A stretch of 64,000 bases of DNA, taken from the IMG/VR virus record IMGVR_UViG_3300025070_000023. One strand, written 5' to 3'. The position numbers and the translations under genes are program-made. The stretch's first letter is position 1. Every line of letters starts with the position of its first letter. Shown piece after piece: positions 48,721-59,047 of this stretch. The notes under the pieces are model-generated. The model saw only the letters and a program-made list of their open reading frames with translations, did no database searches and was not told the DNA's origin. The stretch comes from an uncultured virus (IMG/VR IMGVR_UViG_3300025070_000023). Taxonomy: Duplodnaviria > Heunggongvirae > Uroviricota > Caudoviricetes.

Positions 48721-51249
48721 TCACCTAAATTCTGCCTTAATAAGATATACTTGGTCTGCACTTATTCCATATTCTTTTGCTATATTGTTGTGAGAATCGT
48801 CACCCGTAACTATCTTTTCTACTTCATAAACGCTCAAATCAATCTGTTGCTCTACTTGCATTTTATTAATTACTTTATTTATTCCGTGAGTATTGAGTAT
48901 TCTTCGGCCATGAACAACCTCTTTTCCTAATTGCTTTCTAATAATATCGTGAGCCTTCAGCATCTTATGCAATAGAACTGGCAAGTCTATTTGGACATTT
49001 TCAAATAAATCTTTGAGTCTATTGTATTGTTTTCTTTTGGTAGAATCCTGCGTTAATGCTCCTTGATTTCGGTCTAACCATGTAGGCAAGGCAAATATTG
49101 GGAATCCTTGTTTTTTATTGTGCTGTTCATAAAACGCATCATACCTTTCTTTGATTGTCTTTCGTGCAAACTTTCTTTTTCCGAACTTTTCTAGTTTTTC
49201 TTCATCAAATGCATCTTTAGCAAAATGGTAAATTATAGCGGCACAATAATTATCATTTTCTTCTTCCTTTCCGAATATTCTAGTTAATCCATCAGCCGCT
49301 TCCACGCCTTCATCTATCAAATCTGCCCCAATTGTAACTCCCGAATCAAACATATTTTCTAAAAAGTCGGCTATGCTTCGTAAATCATCGTTGCTAGCCT
49401 CATTTAAACTTCCCTCAAATGCCATTTCTATGGAACTAGATAAGACAGTCTCCACTCCTAAATCTACACTGAGTAATTGGAAAACTTGTGTACCTAAACT
49501 TCTTCCAAAGGTAGGAACGGAAATCGGTAAATAACCTGCATAAATAGGATTGAAGAAATATTCTACTGCTGATTTCATCATCTTTTTTAGCGCATCGGAA
49601 ACTTCTTCCATTACCTCTCTAAGTTCTCCACCTCTTTGTAGAGGAACAGGGAATTCTGTTTTAGGTGCGACTCCTAATCTTTTTTTATCTCTACTATCCA
49701 TCATTGAACCCCTCAATCCTGTAGAACTTCTAATTTGGACTTCTGCTCTAAATTGGTCTGCTGTCAATAGCCTATACAAATCTTCAAAGAAATCTTTAAT
49801 CATATCTAAATTATCTAAACTTATTTTTTCACCATTAAGTGCTTCAAAACTCTCACCTTTAGGATAAGATTCAGCAAAGTTCGAATTAGTCATTACTGAT
49901 ATAGGTAGGGCAAATTTAGCCTTGTAGTCCTCATCTAAAACAGTAGTATCTTCCATCTCATCAGCCCATCTTTGTAAATCATATTGAGTGTTTAAAGAAA
50001 TTATTTCTTGGCCTTCTAGACCTTCTCTATTAGAGAGGCTTTCTTGTATATCCTGTAAAGCATCTAATAATTCTAATTCAGCCTCTTCTGTAATTGATAC
50101 TAATTTATTATTAGTATTATCTTCATAAATTAACAGTGGGTCTGCTACTGCTCTTAACTTTGAAACATCACCACTAAATTCGGTAGTGTTTTCATCAGTA
50201 TATTGCCCTAGACTTTCTCCGGATAGTGTCTGCCCTCCTCCCGCATCTTGGCTAAGACTAGACATTAAATCTGCTGTTAATTCAGAATTTATATCTGCAA
50301 AACTAACAGGGTCATCTTCATATCTTTCTTCTAATGATTCTTTATCAAACAAATCTTCTGCTATCATTATGTTAAAGATAATGTTCCAAAACTTTTGTCT
50401 TCTATTTGTGAAGTCTCTATCTACAGATGGGAAATAAGCAACATATTGTAACTTGTTTAAGTCTATTTTTTGTAAATCTTCTAAAGCGTCTTGAGCCTCA
50501 TCAGCCTCTTCGGGAAATTGTAATTTTTCTAATTTCTCAAATAATTTTTCAGTATCTTCTTTGAACTGCTCGAACTTTTTAGTGGTACTATTCCAAAAAT
50601 CATAAATTTCTATTCTAGTAGATTTTTTAGATGCATCTGCTACTCCCAAATACCTCTTGACAGGAAACTTTCTTTCAACTATTGATATTTCTGCTTCTTT
50701 TTCTTCCATATCCTCCGATAATTTTTCTATAATAAAATCATAGTTATCGGCTAATATTTTCAAGTCATCGTTCTGTGAAGCCCCCGCTACTGCGGCCTGT
50801 AGGCTTTCATTTTCTAGTAAAGAAATGTCTTTATTTCGTATTTCTATATTTCTCCTATCCCTTAGTTTAATTTTAACCAAGTCATTATAGTCTACTAAAA
50901 CACCATCTACGACTATATTCATATCAAGTAGTGGCTGTATTACTGACCTAATTTGTTTGACTCCTCCTTCCAAAACCGCCCTAGTTCCTGTTCCGGACAA
51001 ATTTCTTATTTGTTTGTTAAGGTCTTTTTTGAGTTCATCAGTTTCCTCTTTTATGTATTTTTTTCTAGCCTCTAAGTTTTGTGTAGTTTGTTCAGCCTCT
51101 TGGTTTGGTTTATCGGGAAATTTCTCGTTGGCTTCCTGTTCTATTTGTTCTATATATGGTGCAAGCATTCTTCCACGAATAGCCTTTCTTTGGACTTTAT
51201 TTGCTTCACTTAGAAATTTAAGTTGTTCTTTATCAAATTCGACTTTCAT
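48721..51249 (-). CDS. Large acidic protein (842 aa), possible internal virion protein
   Basis: Long helical D/E-rich ORF, no recognised motif. Confidence 0.7.
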   Translation of the reverse strand: MKVEFDKEQLKFLSEANKVQRKAIRGRMLAPYIEQIEQEANEKFPDKPNQEAEQTTQNLEARKKYIKEETDELKKDLNKQIRNLSGTGTRAVLEGGVKQIRSVIQPLLDMNIVVDGVLVDYNDLVKIKLRDRRNIEIRNKDISLLENESLQAAVAGASQNDDLKILADNYDFIIEKLSEDMEEKEAEISIVERKFPVKRYLGVADASKKSTRIEIYDFWNSTTKKFEQFKEDTEKLFEKLEKLQFPEEADEAQDALEDLQKIDLNKLQYVAYFPSVDRDFTNRRQKFWNIIFNIMIAEDLFDKESLEERYEDDPVSFADINSELTADLMSSLSQDAGGGQTLSGESLGQYTDENTTEFSGDVSKLRAVADPLLIYEDNTNNKLVSITEEAELELLDALQDIQESLSNREGLEGQEIISLNTQYDLQRWADEMEDTTVLDEDYKAKFALPISVMTNSNFAESYPKGESFEALNGEKISLDNLDMIKDFFEDLYRLLTADQFRAEVQIRSSTGLRGSMMDSRDKKRLGVAPKTEFPVPLQRGGELREVMEEVSDALKKMMKSAVEYFFNPIYAGYLPISVPTFGRSLGTQVFQLLSVDLGVETVLSSSIEMAFEGSLNEASNDDLRSIADFLENMFDSGVTIGADLIDEGVEAADGLTRIFGKEEENDNYCAAIIYHFAKDAFDEEKLEKFGKRKFARKTIKERYDAFYEQHNKKQGFPIFALPTWLDRNQGALTQDSTKRKQYNRLKDLFENVQIDLPVLLHKMLKAHDIIRKQLGKEVVHGRRILNTHGINKVINKMQVEQQIDLSVYEVEKIVTGDDSHNNIAKEYGISADQVYLIKAEFR

Positions 51250-53612
51250 GTTGTTACTCTCCTTATTATTGGTGGACTCGCTGATGATAGTTTATCTAAT
51301 ACTTCCTTTACCATAGTATCTTTAAATTGTTCGGGATTTTCTATTAACTTTTGGACGGTTTGTTTGAAGCCTTCGACGATATCATCTCTTGCTCTATTTA
51401 GAATTGAAGCCATATTGTCATTTAACTTTTCTGCTTCTTTCATGGCTTTATCGGGATTTTCCTGTATATTTGAGTCTATTATTTTGTAAGATTTTTTGAC
51501 TTCATCCCCTCTTATAGAGGCTATAACTCCTAAAAAGATTAAACTCCTTTCAGCACTAATGACATCCAAAGCACCCTTATCTCGATTGTAAGTTTTTACA
51601 TGGTCAATTAGATTGTTTTCTTTAGCAAAATCTATTAAAAAAGCAGGGAAATTACCCTTTGAGTTTATTTGATTTCTAAGTTTTTGTGTAGATTCTTTTA
51701 TATCTCCACTAAGACCTTCCTTTAATTTTGCTTCTAACTCTTCTATTTTTTGTTTGAGTTTTTTCTCGGATTGAATTACCTTAGCCCTTCCTCCTTCTTT
51801 GGGTTTGGCTGTGCTTAATTTTCTTTCTTTTGGTTTCCCTTCTACTTGGGATAGTAGTTTTTTAGCCCTTTCTAATTCATCCTTTATTCTTTCTTCTATC
51901 ATTTCAGTAGTGCCTGTTTCTACCTGTATTCCTTCATTTTCTTTGGCATCTTTAAAAGTAAATGGCATAAAATCATTCACTTCATTCCCTTCGTCGTCTT
52001 CTTCTTCAAAAGTAAATATTTTAGCACTATCGGCTCTATCTTTACCATCATACTCTTTTATTTTTGGAGAACCGTCAGGATTCCTAACAATATTCCCATC
52101 ATTATCTCTTTCTTCTGCTTCATATTTGGCAGGACTACTTCGGAAAAAATAATCTACTCTAACTTCATCTTCTTCATATCCTTGTTCTAATAAATATTTT
52201 TTAATTGCTTCTGCTTCTTTAACAGTATAACTATTTTTTAGAAACTGATATGTTTCGTTTCTTACTATTTCCACTTTATCAGTTACTATTGCATCTGCCC
52301 TTTCACTATCGGTCAAAACTTTGTAGACTTTTCTTCTTAATTTATCAAATGGTAAATTTATATTCTCTATTGAACTTCTAAATATTCTAAGAGGAACATT
52401 ATAGTCTTCGCTTTCTCGTTTTCCAGTATCGGGTAAAGTCCTAGTAATGTCTTCTACGATAAGCGTTTTTGCCTGTTTTTCGGACAGGCTTCCTTGTGTT
52501 CGTATTTGGTCAAAAAATACATCAGCCCAATTTTGTTTTTGAAATACATTTTTCATAATTATTTCTGCATAGGGATTAAAATTAAAACTTTTTTTACTGC
52601 CTTTTTCTAAAAACAATAACTTAGGTAGTTTTACTATGCGGGATTTATCTTCTAATATTTCTTTAAATCTTACTGGTTTAAAACTAGTAACTACTCCTGC
52701 AACTCTATCTATGATTCGCATATAATTTATGATTGAACTTGCTCCGAAGGGTTCTACTAATTCATATTTGACATTTTTAGCGGATAAAGTTACTGCTTCT
52801 ATTACTTTAGGGTCAATTTCCACAACTTTAGAGTCAATATTTAACATTAAACCATTTTTATCCTTAAATTTGTTATATAATTGTAGAGCAACTGCTTTTT
52901 CTTTTACCGCATCGTCATTATCTAAAATTTCAACTTTATTTTCCTTGTCTCGCTTGGTTTTAGGTTGCACAAGGAGCCTAAAATCAGTTAGAGTTTTGAT
53001 ATTTAGAAGAATTACATCTCCATCCACTCTAGCCGCATTAGTATTCGACTTTCCTCCTAGATTTTCTGCTAATTTTTTCATTTCTGCGTTGCTAGGTGGT
53101 GTTTGAGTAAAATAAATGTAAGATTTTTGAGTATCAAGGCGCAAATATTTCAATTTGGCGGCTATTTTTTTGTTTTTCTTTAGTGTGCTTACTCCCAAAG
53201 ACCCAAATCTGTCAATTTTTTCTAAAATTTTAACAACTTCATCGTGTTTTCCTTCATTTTTTAGTTGAACTGCTTGGTCAAGCAACTTTTCTATCTCTAC
53301 TTTTGGCAAAAAAGTTAAACTTTCCATTAATTCTGTTAAGTTTCTTTGTATTTCATCCATTGATAAGTCCATGTGGCCGGTATTCTTCCAAGTTTCTACA
53401 AATTTTTCTAAAGGAAGTTGGCCAGTTCCAACCTGTCTAAGAGTATTCTTTATTGTTTCAAGCCCGCCTTCGGTGTCTGCGTCTCCGCTAGCCACGGCAT
53501 CTTTTACTTGCTGTAAATATTTTTGAAATTGCGCCCTATTTACTAAATTATAGGCTATCATAGTTTTATTAGATTGCACTTTAGGCATCTTTAGAACTGC
53601 TTGCCACGACAA
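51246..53612 (-). CDS. Large tagged protein (MSWQAVLK, TTG start, 788 aa)
   Basis: GGTGA RBS before TTG-TCG-TGG. Confidence 0.7.
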   Translation of the reverse strand: MSWQAVLKMPKVQSNKTMIAYNLVNRAQFQKYLQQVKDAVASGDADTEGGLETIKNTLRQVGTGQLPLEKFVETWKNTGHMDLSMDEIQRNLTELMESLTFLPKVEIEKLLDQAVQLKNEGKHDEVVKILEKIDRFGSLGVSTLKKNKKIAAKLKYLRLDTQKSYIYFTQTPPSNAEMKKLAENLGGKSNTNAARVDGDVILLNIKTLTDFRLLVQPKTKRDKENKVEILDNDDAVKEKAVALQLYNKFKDKNGLMLNIDSKVVEIDPKVIEAVTLSAKNVKYELVEPFGASSIINYMRIIDRVAGVVTSFKPVRFKEILEDKSRIVKLPKLLFLEKGSKKSFNFNPYAEIIMKNVFQKQNWADVFFDQIRTQGSLSEKQAKTLIVEDITRTLPDTGKRESEDYNVPLRIFRSSIENINLPFDKLRRKVYKVLTDSERADAIVTDKVEIVRNETYQFLKNSYTVKEAEAIKKYLLEQGYEEDEVRVDYFFRSSPAKYEAEERDNDGNIVRNPDGSPKIKEYDGKDRADSAKIFTFEEEDDEGNEVNDFMPFTFKDAKENEGIQVETGTTEMIEERIKDELERAKKLLSQVEGKPKERKLSTAKPKEGGRAKVIQSEKKLKQKIEELEAKLKEGLSGDIKESTQKLRNQINSKGNFPAFLIDFAKENNLIDHVKTYNRDKGALDVISAERSLIFLGVIASIRGDEVKKSYKIIDSNIQENPDKAMKEAEKLNDNMASILNRARDDIVEGFKQTVQKLIENPEQFKDTMVKEVLDKLSSASPPIIRRVTT

Positions 53613-53618
53613 TATAAA

Positions 53619-53858
53619 TCACCTGTATAAAATATATCCTGCGGCTCTCGCTAACAGCCTTAAAGTGTCATATTCATCACCATCGGGAAAATCTAATTCT
53701 TCCCATTGGTTAAATGTAAATCGAATTGCATCATAATATTTATTTTGTTTATTATTTTCTAGCCATTCACGAATCGTATTAGCATGTTCTTGTTTAACAC
53801 TAATATAATTACCCTCTTTATCTTTAGGGCGGTGTTTAATTATATTTAGCCAACTCAT
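53619..53858 (-). CDS. Tagged protein (MSWLNIIK)
   Basis: ATGA overlap with upstream gene. Confidence 0.65.
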   Translation of the reverse strand: MSWLNIIKHRPKDKEGNYISVKQEHANTIREWLENNKQNKYYDAIRFTFNQWEELDFPDGDEYDTLRLLARAAGYILYR

Positions 53859-54520
53859 TGTAACTTCTCCTGCATTCTTTGTTTGATGTCTAACCAAATC
53901 TCCGGATTATTCTGTGCTAATACTTCTTGAACTATTTGCATTTGGGCAACAATAATGGTATCTTGTCTCTTGTGAACCAATTTACCCTTAAACTCCATAA
54001 GATATTTTAGCGACTCTCTAATTTCTCTAGCAAGTTTTGTTAAAGCATCAATCATCTTTGGGTCTAAATCATTTCCTAAGTCGTTGAACACTTGCTCCAA
54101 CCTAACATCTAATTTAGAAACATTGTTAGAAAGTAATTCAACTTCATTAACTTCTTTTCTTGCTATCATCATAGCGGCACTTTCTTGAACAATAGGCATT
54201 AAATGGTGTTTCATGTGCCTTTGGATTTGTTGTTTAGTAGTATCTAATGCTTCTGCAACAGACTCACTTTCAATACTACCTTCACTAATTGCCTGTTCAT
54301 AGTGTTTTCTCATTGGGTCTACGCACAATTTGCATTTTGGATTCGAACTCATTTTATATTCGCCCATGTGGTTTCTTTGGTGTTGTGCCGCAGTTCCACT
54401 TCTCCAACCATACTTCTCATCTAATTCATCACAAGTTATTTCTCCGGAGTCGAGCATTCGCTCTAATTCTGCCCTGTCTTCATGTTGGCACATGCCGCAC
54501 CTTTTTCGGCTAATGGCCAA
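53855..54520 (-). CDS. Protein with two CxxC...HxxxH repeats and coiled coil; terminase small subunit candidate
   Basis: CGMCQH...HQRNH and CKLC...HMKHH, each with HTH-like spacing. Confidence 0.5.
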   Translation of the reverse strand: MAISRKRCGMCQHEDRAELERMLDSGEITCDELDEKYGWRSGTAAQHQRNHMGEYKMSSNPKCKLCVDPMRKHYEQAISEGSIESESVAEALDTTKQQIQRHMKHHLMPIVQESAAMMIARKEVNEVELLSNNVSKLDVRLEQVFNDLGNDLDPKMIDALTKLAREIRESLKYLMEFKGKLVHKRQDTIIVAQMQIVQEVLAQNNPEIWLDIKQRMQEKLQ

Positions 54521-54521
54521 T

Positions 54522-55823
54522 TTATCTCCTCCAAAGATTCTGTTGCCAAAATTTAGAAATTACTTTAGTATCAGGCTTATACTTTGAATTTTTATCATCT
54601 ACACTATCGCCAAACTTTTCTCTTGCAGTTTTTCTATAATCAAAACCGCCCCTTCTAGTATTTTGCCACGCTCTAAAACCATTTGGTGCTTTCTTTTCTT
54701 TACTCCCAAATTTTCTTTGAAGGGCTAAATCTACTAGACCTATAACCGGAGTAGCAGTAGAAGTTAATCTCATTCTGTTAAAATAAACTAGTATTCCGTC
54801 TTCTCCCGATTCTATTCCCGCTAAGCCCCTAACTAAGTTTTGGTCACGGTTTCCTAATGTTAAATCAGTAGCATTGAGGCCGCTTCTAACTTTATTTGTT
54901 AATAGTCTACCACCTGCATTCCAAAGAGACTCATTGGTTACAACCTTGTCAAAATATTCTCTTACGGATTCTATTTTGTTCAATTCCGAAGCAGGAGTTC
55001 TAGGAGGAATATTATCTAACTTAATACCCACAGGGCCATCTCTTTCTAATTCTTCTTCTGCTTCTCTCATAATTTCTATGAGTCCTTTTGGCTTGGAAAA
55101 TTTAGTATCTGTTTTAGAAAATAATGCCAAGTGTGGAGGATTTTCCCCCGCTAGCCAAGAAGGGTCTACTCCATTACCTTCACCTGCATAATTGTCAGTC
55201 TTATAATGCCCTTGAACTTCTTTTTCTTCTATTACTTCACCTGTGTCGGGGTCTTTTATTTTATCAGTAAATAATATGAAAGCAGGGTCAAATGCTTCAG
55301 TACCTCCTCCTGCATCCTTTCCTGTGTCTTTATATTTTTCTAATTCATTTGCGAATTCGGTAATTAGTTTTGCTTCTGCCTTGGTCAAGAATCTGTTTTC
55401 TTCCATTATCTCGTCAATCTTATCCAAAAATTCAATCGCACCTTGACCCGACCTTCCTTTGTTTCTACTACCGTCACGAATAATATCTTCTGTCTTTAGG
55501 TGCATTTTAAGAAACTTATACAAATTACCTACATTTTTAGTTTCCAAATCCCCATCAGTAATGTTGGTGCAATTTGTTTTCCATTGTTGGTATTTACTAG
55601 GGAAAGAATAGTTTGGGGCATCTACAGGATTACCATTGATGTCTATTTCATCTTTCTTCTTTTCGTCTTTGTTGCCCTTCTTCTTTTCATTTTTTAGAAG
55701 GTCGTCTTTTTTCTTCTTTTTCTTTTTAGAATATGATGTATTAAACATAGCGGGAGAAGATGTAGTGGTAACAGCACCTGCCATTTTTTCTTCTTCATCT
55801 TTTAGAATATTTCTCCATGACAT
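54522..55823 (-). CDS. Tagged protein (MSWRNILK) with poly-Lys tract
   Basis: N-terminal motif, K8 run. Confidence 0.7.
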   Translation of the reverse strand: MSWRNILKDEEEKMAGAVTTTSSPAMFNTSYSKKKKKKKDDLLKNEKKKGNKDEKKKDEIDINGNPVDAPNYSFPSKYQQWKTNCTNITDGDLETKNVGNLYKFLKMHLKTEDIIRDGSRNKGRSGQGAIEFLDKIDEIMEENRFLTKAEAKLITEFANELEKYKDTGKDAGGGTEAFDPAFILFTDKIKDPDTGEVIEEKEVQGHYKTDNYAGEGNGVDPSWLAGENPPHLALFSKTDTKFSKPKGLIEIMREAEEELERDGPVGIKLDNIPPRTPASELNKIESVREYFDKVVTNESLWNAGGRLLTNKVRSGLNATDLTLGNRDQNLVRGLAGIESGEDGILVYFNRMRLTSTATPVIGLVDLALQRKFGSKEKKAPNGFRAWQNTRRGGFDYRKTAREKFGDSVDDKNSKYKPDTKVISKFWQQNLWRR

Positions 55824-55833
55824 TCTAATCACC

Positions 55834-56196
55834 TTAAATTCCTTCTCTACCGAAATAATATACTGTTTCTTCTAAAGCATCTTTCATGCTAGCGATTGGG
55901 TCTTTTCTAAATTCTTCAAAGGATTGCTCTTGTATTTGTCCTCGTAAGTTGTTAGTATATCCTAGAATATCCTTATCGTATTTACTAGAGGGTCGAATAT
56001 TATCTATGGCCTGATTAAAGGCTTCTTCATAGCCCATGTCTCGTTTCAACCGAATTACATCTTCAACAAAATTAAAAATTATATCTTCGTTCTCTATGAG
56101 AAATTCTGTTCTCTCTACTTCTTCTCCGAACTCAAGATTATATCTCTTGATGGCATCTACATCATATCCTTTTCTCAACTGTTCCTTCCACGACAT
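55834..56196 (-). CDS. Tagged protein (MSWKEQLRK, variant)
   Basis: N-terminal motif, GAGGTGA RBS. Confidence 0.7.
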   Translation of the reverse strand: MSWKEQLRKGYDVDAIKRYNLEFGEEVERTEFLIENEDIIFNFVEDVIRLKRDMGYEEAFNQAIDNIRPSSKYDKDILGYTNNLRGQIQEQSFEEFRKDPIASMKDALEETVYYFGREGI

Positions 56197-56201
56197 TTTA
56201 A

Positions 56202-56399
56202 TCACCTCTTAGTAAAAACACTTCTAGCAACGCTTCTACCCTTTTTCTTTGCCTGTAAAACCTTGAAGTCTTTTTCATCTATTTTGTTTTTTGGGGGGGC
56301 TTGTTCGGCTATTTTCTTTTGATTACCAAAAAGTTTCTTTTCGAATTCTTCTCTCTCCACATCGGTTTTTTCGGTTTTGAGAACTTTTTTCCATGACAT
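56202..56399 (-). CDS. Tagged protein (MSWKKVLK)
   Basis: N-terminal motif, GGTGA RBS. Confidence 0.7.
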   Translation of the reverse strand: MSWKKVLKTEKTDVEREEFEKKLFGNQKKIAEQAPPKNKIDEKDFKVLQAKKKGRSVARSVFTKR

Positions 56400-56444
56400 A
56401 GTTTTCACCCCTTATCTATCCGTTAATGCCCATATGTTATAGTT

Positions 56445-56693
56445 TTAACTGCCTTCTACTTTCTCCATTATAGTTACCAAAACAGTTCTTATTGCATCTG
56501 CCAACATATAATGCTTTTTAGCAAGGTCTTCTAACCTTTCCATATCTAAATCTTTTTCACTAAAAAATTCTGCAATAGTTCTCTCTATATTTTTCAATGT
56601 TATAATCTGTTGTCCTATAACATCTATGGCCATTTCATAATCTTTGAATTGTGTTCCAATTCTTTCATCTTTTAATATTGTTTTCCATGTCAT
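56445..56693 (-). CDS. Tagged protein (MTWKTILK)
   Basis: N-terminal motif. Confidence 0.7.
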   Translation of the reverse strand: MTWKTILKDERIGTQFKDYEMAIDVIGQQIITLKNIERTIAEFFSEKDLDMERLEDLAKKHYMLADAIRTVLVTIMEKVEGS

Positions 56694-56702
56694 AGTATCA
56701 TC

Positions 56703-57830
56703 TCATAGTGTTTCTAATAAATGCAAAAAATATCTAGAATAGGCTCTTGCATTTTCGGGAGTAGTTGTAAAATATTCTTCCTTAGCGTGAGTGGTTCCTT
56801 CCAAAGAAGACATTTTTCTATCTGCTTCTTGTCTCTTTTTTAAATACATATCAATGGCTTTTTTGATAGTCTCATCTTTCATTACCTCTATCATTCTGCC
56901 ATATTTTTTTACTTCGGAAGTATCTAATGTGTTTATTATTTCTCTAGCGAGGGCAACTGGCATACCTAAATCAACTACCTTTCTGCTTAGAATTCTTTTC
57001 TCAACAGGTCGCCTTTTAAGAACAGTCTGCCAATCATTATTGGGTGAATCTCCCTTTTTTACATTTTTTGAGTTATAGAGACTTAATTCTAATTTTATAC
57101 CTCTTCTAGCCTCTCTTGTTGAAAGGAAAGGAACAATTGACTCTAACTGTTTTATTATCGTATTTTTCATGTTCATTAACTCCGATTTAATTTTTGCATT
57201 TTGCTCGCTTGATAATTTTACTCTACTAACTAGAGGCTTTAGTATCTCATATTCTTCTTGACTCATACGCATTGGTTTATTATCATAATAAGAATTAAAC
57301 TCGTTATATATCGTTGTTTTTAATTTTTTAATGTGAGACTCATCTGTTAAGTTTCCGCCTTTTAGCCCGATGTTATCTCTAAAGTCTCTTGACAACTTTA
57401 GATATTTTTCTACAAGAGGTGAAAGTGTTTCTTCAAATTTTTCTCTTGCTTCCTCTAAATCATCTAGATATTGTTCATGGTTTGTTTCTTTTAAGGTTTC
57501 TATTCTTTCCCTTCTATTTTTTTCGTCATCCCGTGGGTAATGTAAATCTGCTATCCTGTTCTCTTCTCTATTGAATTTGCTATATTCATTCCATATTTCT
57601 CTATCTATATCGTCCATCCCACCGGAAGGTGCGATAATTACTCTTTCCATTACTCTTTTATATGTATCAGTCATAGAGGCTTGAAGCCTTAACTGGTTTT
57701 GTTCTCTTTTGATTTCGCTATTATCTCTTATAGCAGGGGTAGACATCATAAATCTACTAGGGTCTACTCCGCCCTTTTTTCTTTTAGGGATTTTAATTTT
57801 CCTGTTTTTTATGATGTCTTCCCAACTCAT
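56703..57830 (-). CDS. Tagged protein (MSWEDIIK) with second internal tag (DWQTVLK)
   Basis: Two motif copies. Confidence 0.7.
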   Translation of the reverse strand: MSWEDIIKNRKIKIPKRKKGGVDPSRFMMSTPAIRDNSEIKREQNQLRLQASMTDTYKRVMERVIIAPSGGMDDIDREIWNEYSKFNREENRIADLHYPRDDEKNRRERIETLKETNHEQYLDDLEEAREKFEETLSPLVEKYLKLSRDFRDNIGLKGGNLTDESHIKKLKTTIYNEFNSYYDNKPMRMSQEEYEILKPLVSRVKLSSEQNAKIKSELMNMKNTIIKQLESIVPFLSTREARRGIKLELSLYNSKNVKKGDSPNNDWQTVLKRRPVEKRILSRKVVDLGMPVALAREIINTLDTSEVKKYGRMIEVMKDETIKKAIDMYLKKRQEADRKMSSLEGTTHAKEEYFTTTPENARAYSRYFLHLLETL

Positions 57831-57934
57831 TTCTTACCACCTGTAACAAAACACTTCTTTGACTTTGACTCTTTCTTATCTACTTCCTTTGATTTTGCAT
57901 CAAACCACTTATCGAGATAATTGCACCTTGTCAT
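57827..57934 (-). CDS. 35-aa untagged microprotein
   Basis: Manual translation MTRCNYLDKWFDAKSKEVDKKESKSKKCFVTGGKK; ATGA overlap. Confidence 0.55.
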   Translation of the reverse strand: MTRCNYLDKWFDAKSKEVDKKESKSKKCFVTGGKK

Positions 57935-57943
57935 ATTATTCGC

Positions 57944-58255
57944 CTACAAATTTTTTAGTTTATCGTATAGTTCGCCTATTAATTCATACGCTTCATCTAG
58001 CAAAGTTTCATTATCTAAACGGTCAATTAGTGGCATGCAATCTCCTAAAGCATCCTTTGCATTATTCTGCAAAAAAGTAATAGTCGGGTTTCTTACCCTA
58101 CCTACTTCCCGTTTCTTATTTACCTTATCTTCGAATTGAGGAATAAGAGGATATTCTTTTGACGGCAATCCTTGTTTGATTCTCTCCCTTGCTCTCTTTA
58201 CATCTGCCGGTAAATCTTCTTCTTCTTCTTCTTTAATTATTTTTTTCCAACTCAT
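57944..58255 (-). CDS. Tagged protein (MSWKKIIK)
   Basis: N-terminal motif, GGAGG RBS. Confidence 0.7.
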   Translation of the reverse strand: MSWKKIIKEEEEEDLPADVKRARERIKQGLPSKEYPLIPQFEDKVNKKREVGRVRNPTITFLQNNAKDALGDCMPLIDRLDNETLLDEAYELIGELYDKLKNL

Positions 58256-58258
58256 AAT

Positions 58259-58705
58259 TTAATCCTCCTTTTCGGAATTTCTATCTAAAAAGGTAGAATA
58301 ATCCATAACTACCTTTTTGAAGCCATTGGCATGAACTAGCCAATGTTGATTATTGTCTTTGTCAAAAAATATATCTAAAACCGATGAAGAACGAAGTGGT
58401 TTAGAAACTTCTAGTTTCATGTTCCAACCATCATTTTCTCCCGCAAATTCTTTAGCCCATTCTTCATCCACATTATTGGTTAATCTAAATAATGATTCGG
58501 GGCCAACTTCCTTTCCATCAAATTGAACGCTAGCAACATGCTCGTAATATTTATCAAATAATTCAGGAGTTATATCTAGAGGGGTTTGACCATACCCATT
58601 AACCATCAAAAGTTCCTTCCGTATGTTTTCGGGAACATCGTCTCTAAAGAAATAAACTTCCCAATCTTTACCATTAGATAATTTTAAAATATCTTTCCAT
58701 GTCAT
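58259..58705 (-). CDS. Tagged protein (MTWKDILK), YodL-like cargo
   Basis: LFRLTN...RSSSVLDI...WLVHANGFKKV resembles the YodL pattern. Confidence 0.65.
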   Translation of the reverse strand: MTWKDILKLSNGKDWEVYFFRDDVPENIRKELLMVNGYGQTPLDITPELFDKYYEHVASVQFDGKEVGPESLFRLTNNVDEEWAKEFAGENDGWNMKLEVSKPLRSSSVLDIFFDKDNNQHWLVHANGFKKVVMDYSTFLDRNSEKED

Positions 58706-58714
58706 ATTACTCAC

Positions 58715-59038
58715 CTAATACCCATACCTAAATGTATTTTCGGGAAACATCTCACTACTCGTAGGTTCTGTCGGAGTTTTGCTAAAATCAATATCATAAA
58801 GTTCTCCATAGAAATAATCCCAAACATTATCATAATCCGATTTTTCCTTTAGGAACTTATTTAATTTATCTCTAGGTAATTGACTCACGGTATAATCAGG
58901 GTTTTCAATAATGTTATTCATTACATCTACATCGTCTTGACTAAACATATAATCATCGTCGGGGTAATCAAACTTTGAAAAATATTCAATAAGACCTTCT
59001 CTAGTTAATTCTGCTTTTAGCACATCTTTCCATGTCAT
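58715..59038 (-). CDS. Tagged acidic protein (MTWKDVLK)
   Basis: N-terminal motif. Confidence 0.7.
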   Translation of the reverse strand: MTWKDVLKAELTREGLIEYFSKFDYPDDDYMFSQDDVDVMNNIIENPDYTVSQLPRDKLNKFLKEKSDYDNVWDYFYGELYDIDFSKTPTEPTSSEMFPENTFRYGY

Positions 59039-59047
59039 ATTATTCAC

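Noticed and set aside
56429..56440. CCCATATGTT as an eighth palindrome copy
   Set aside because: Only the core matches, no arms; could be chance
10268..58139. Many plus-strand ORFs in the track
   Set aside because: Antisense shadows of long minus-strand genes, with S/F/L-biased composition and no evident RBS
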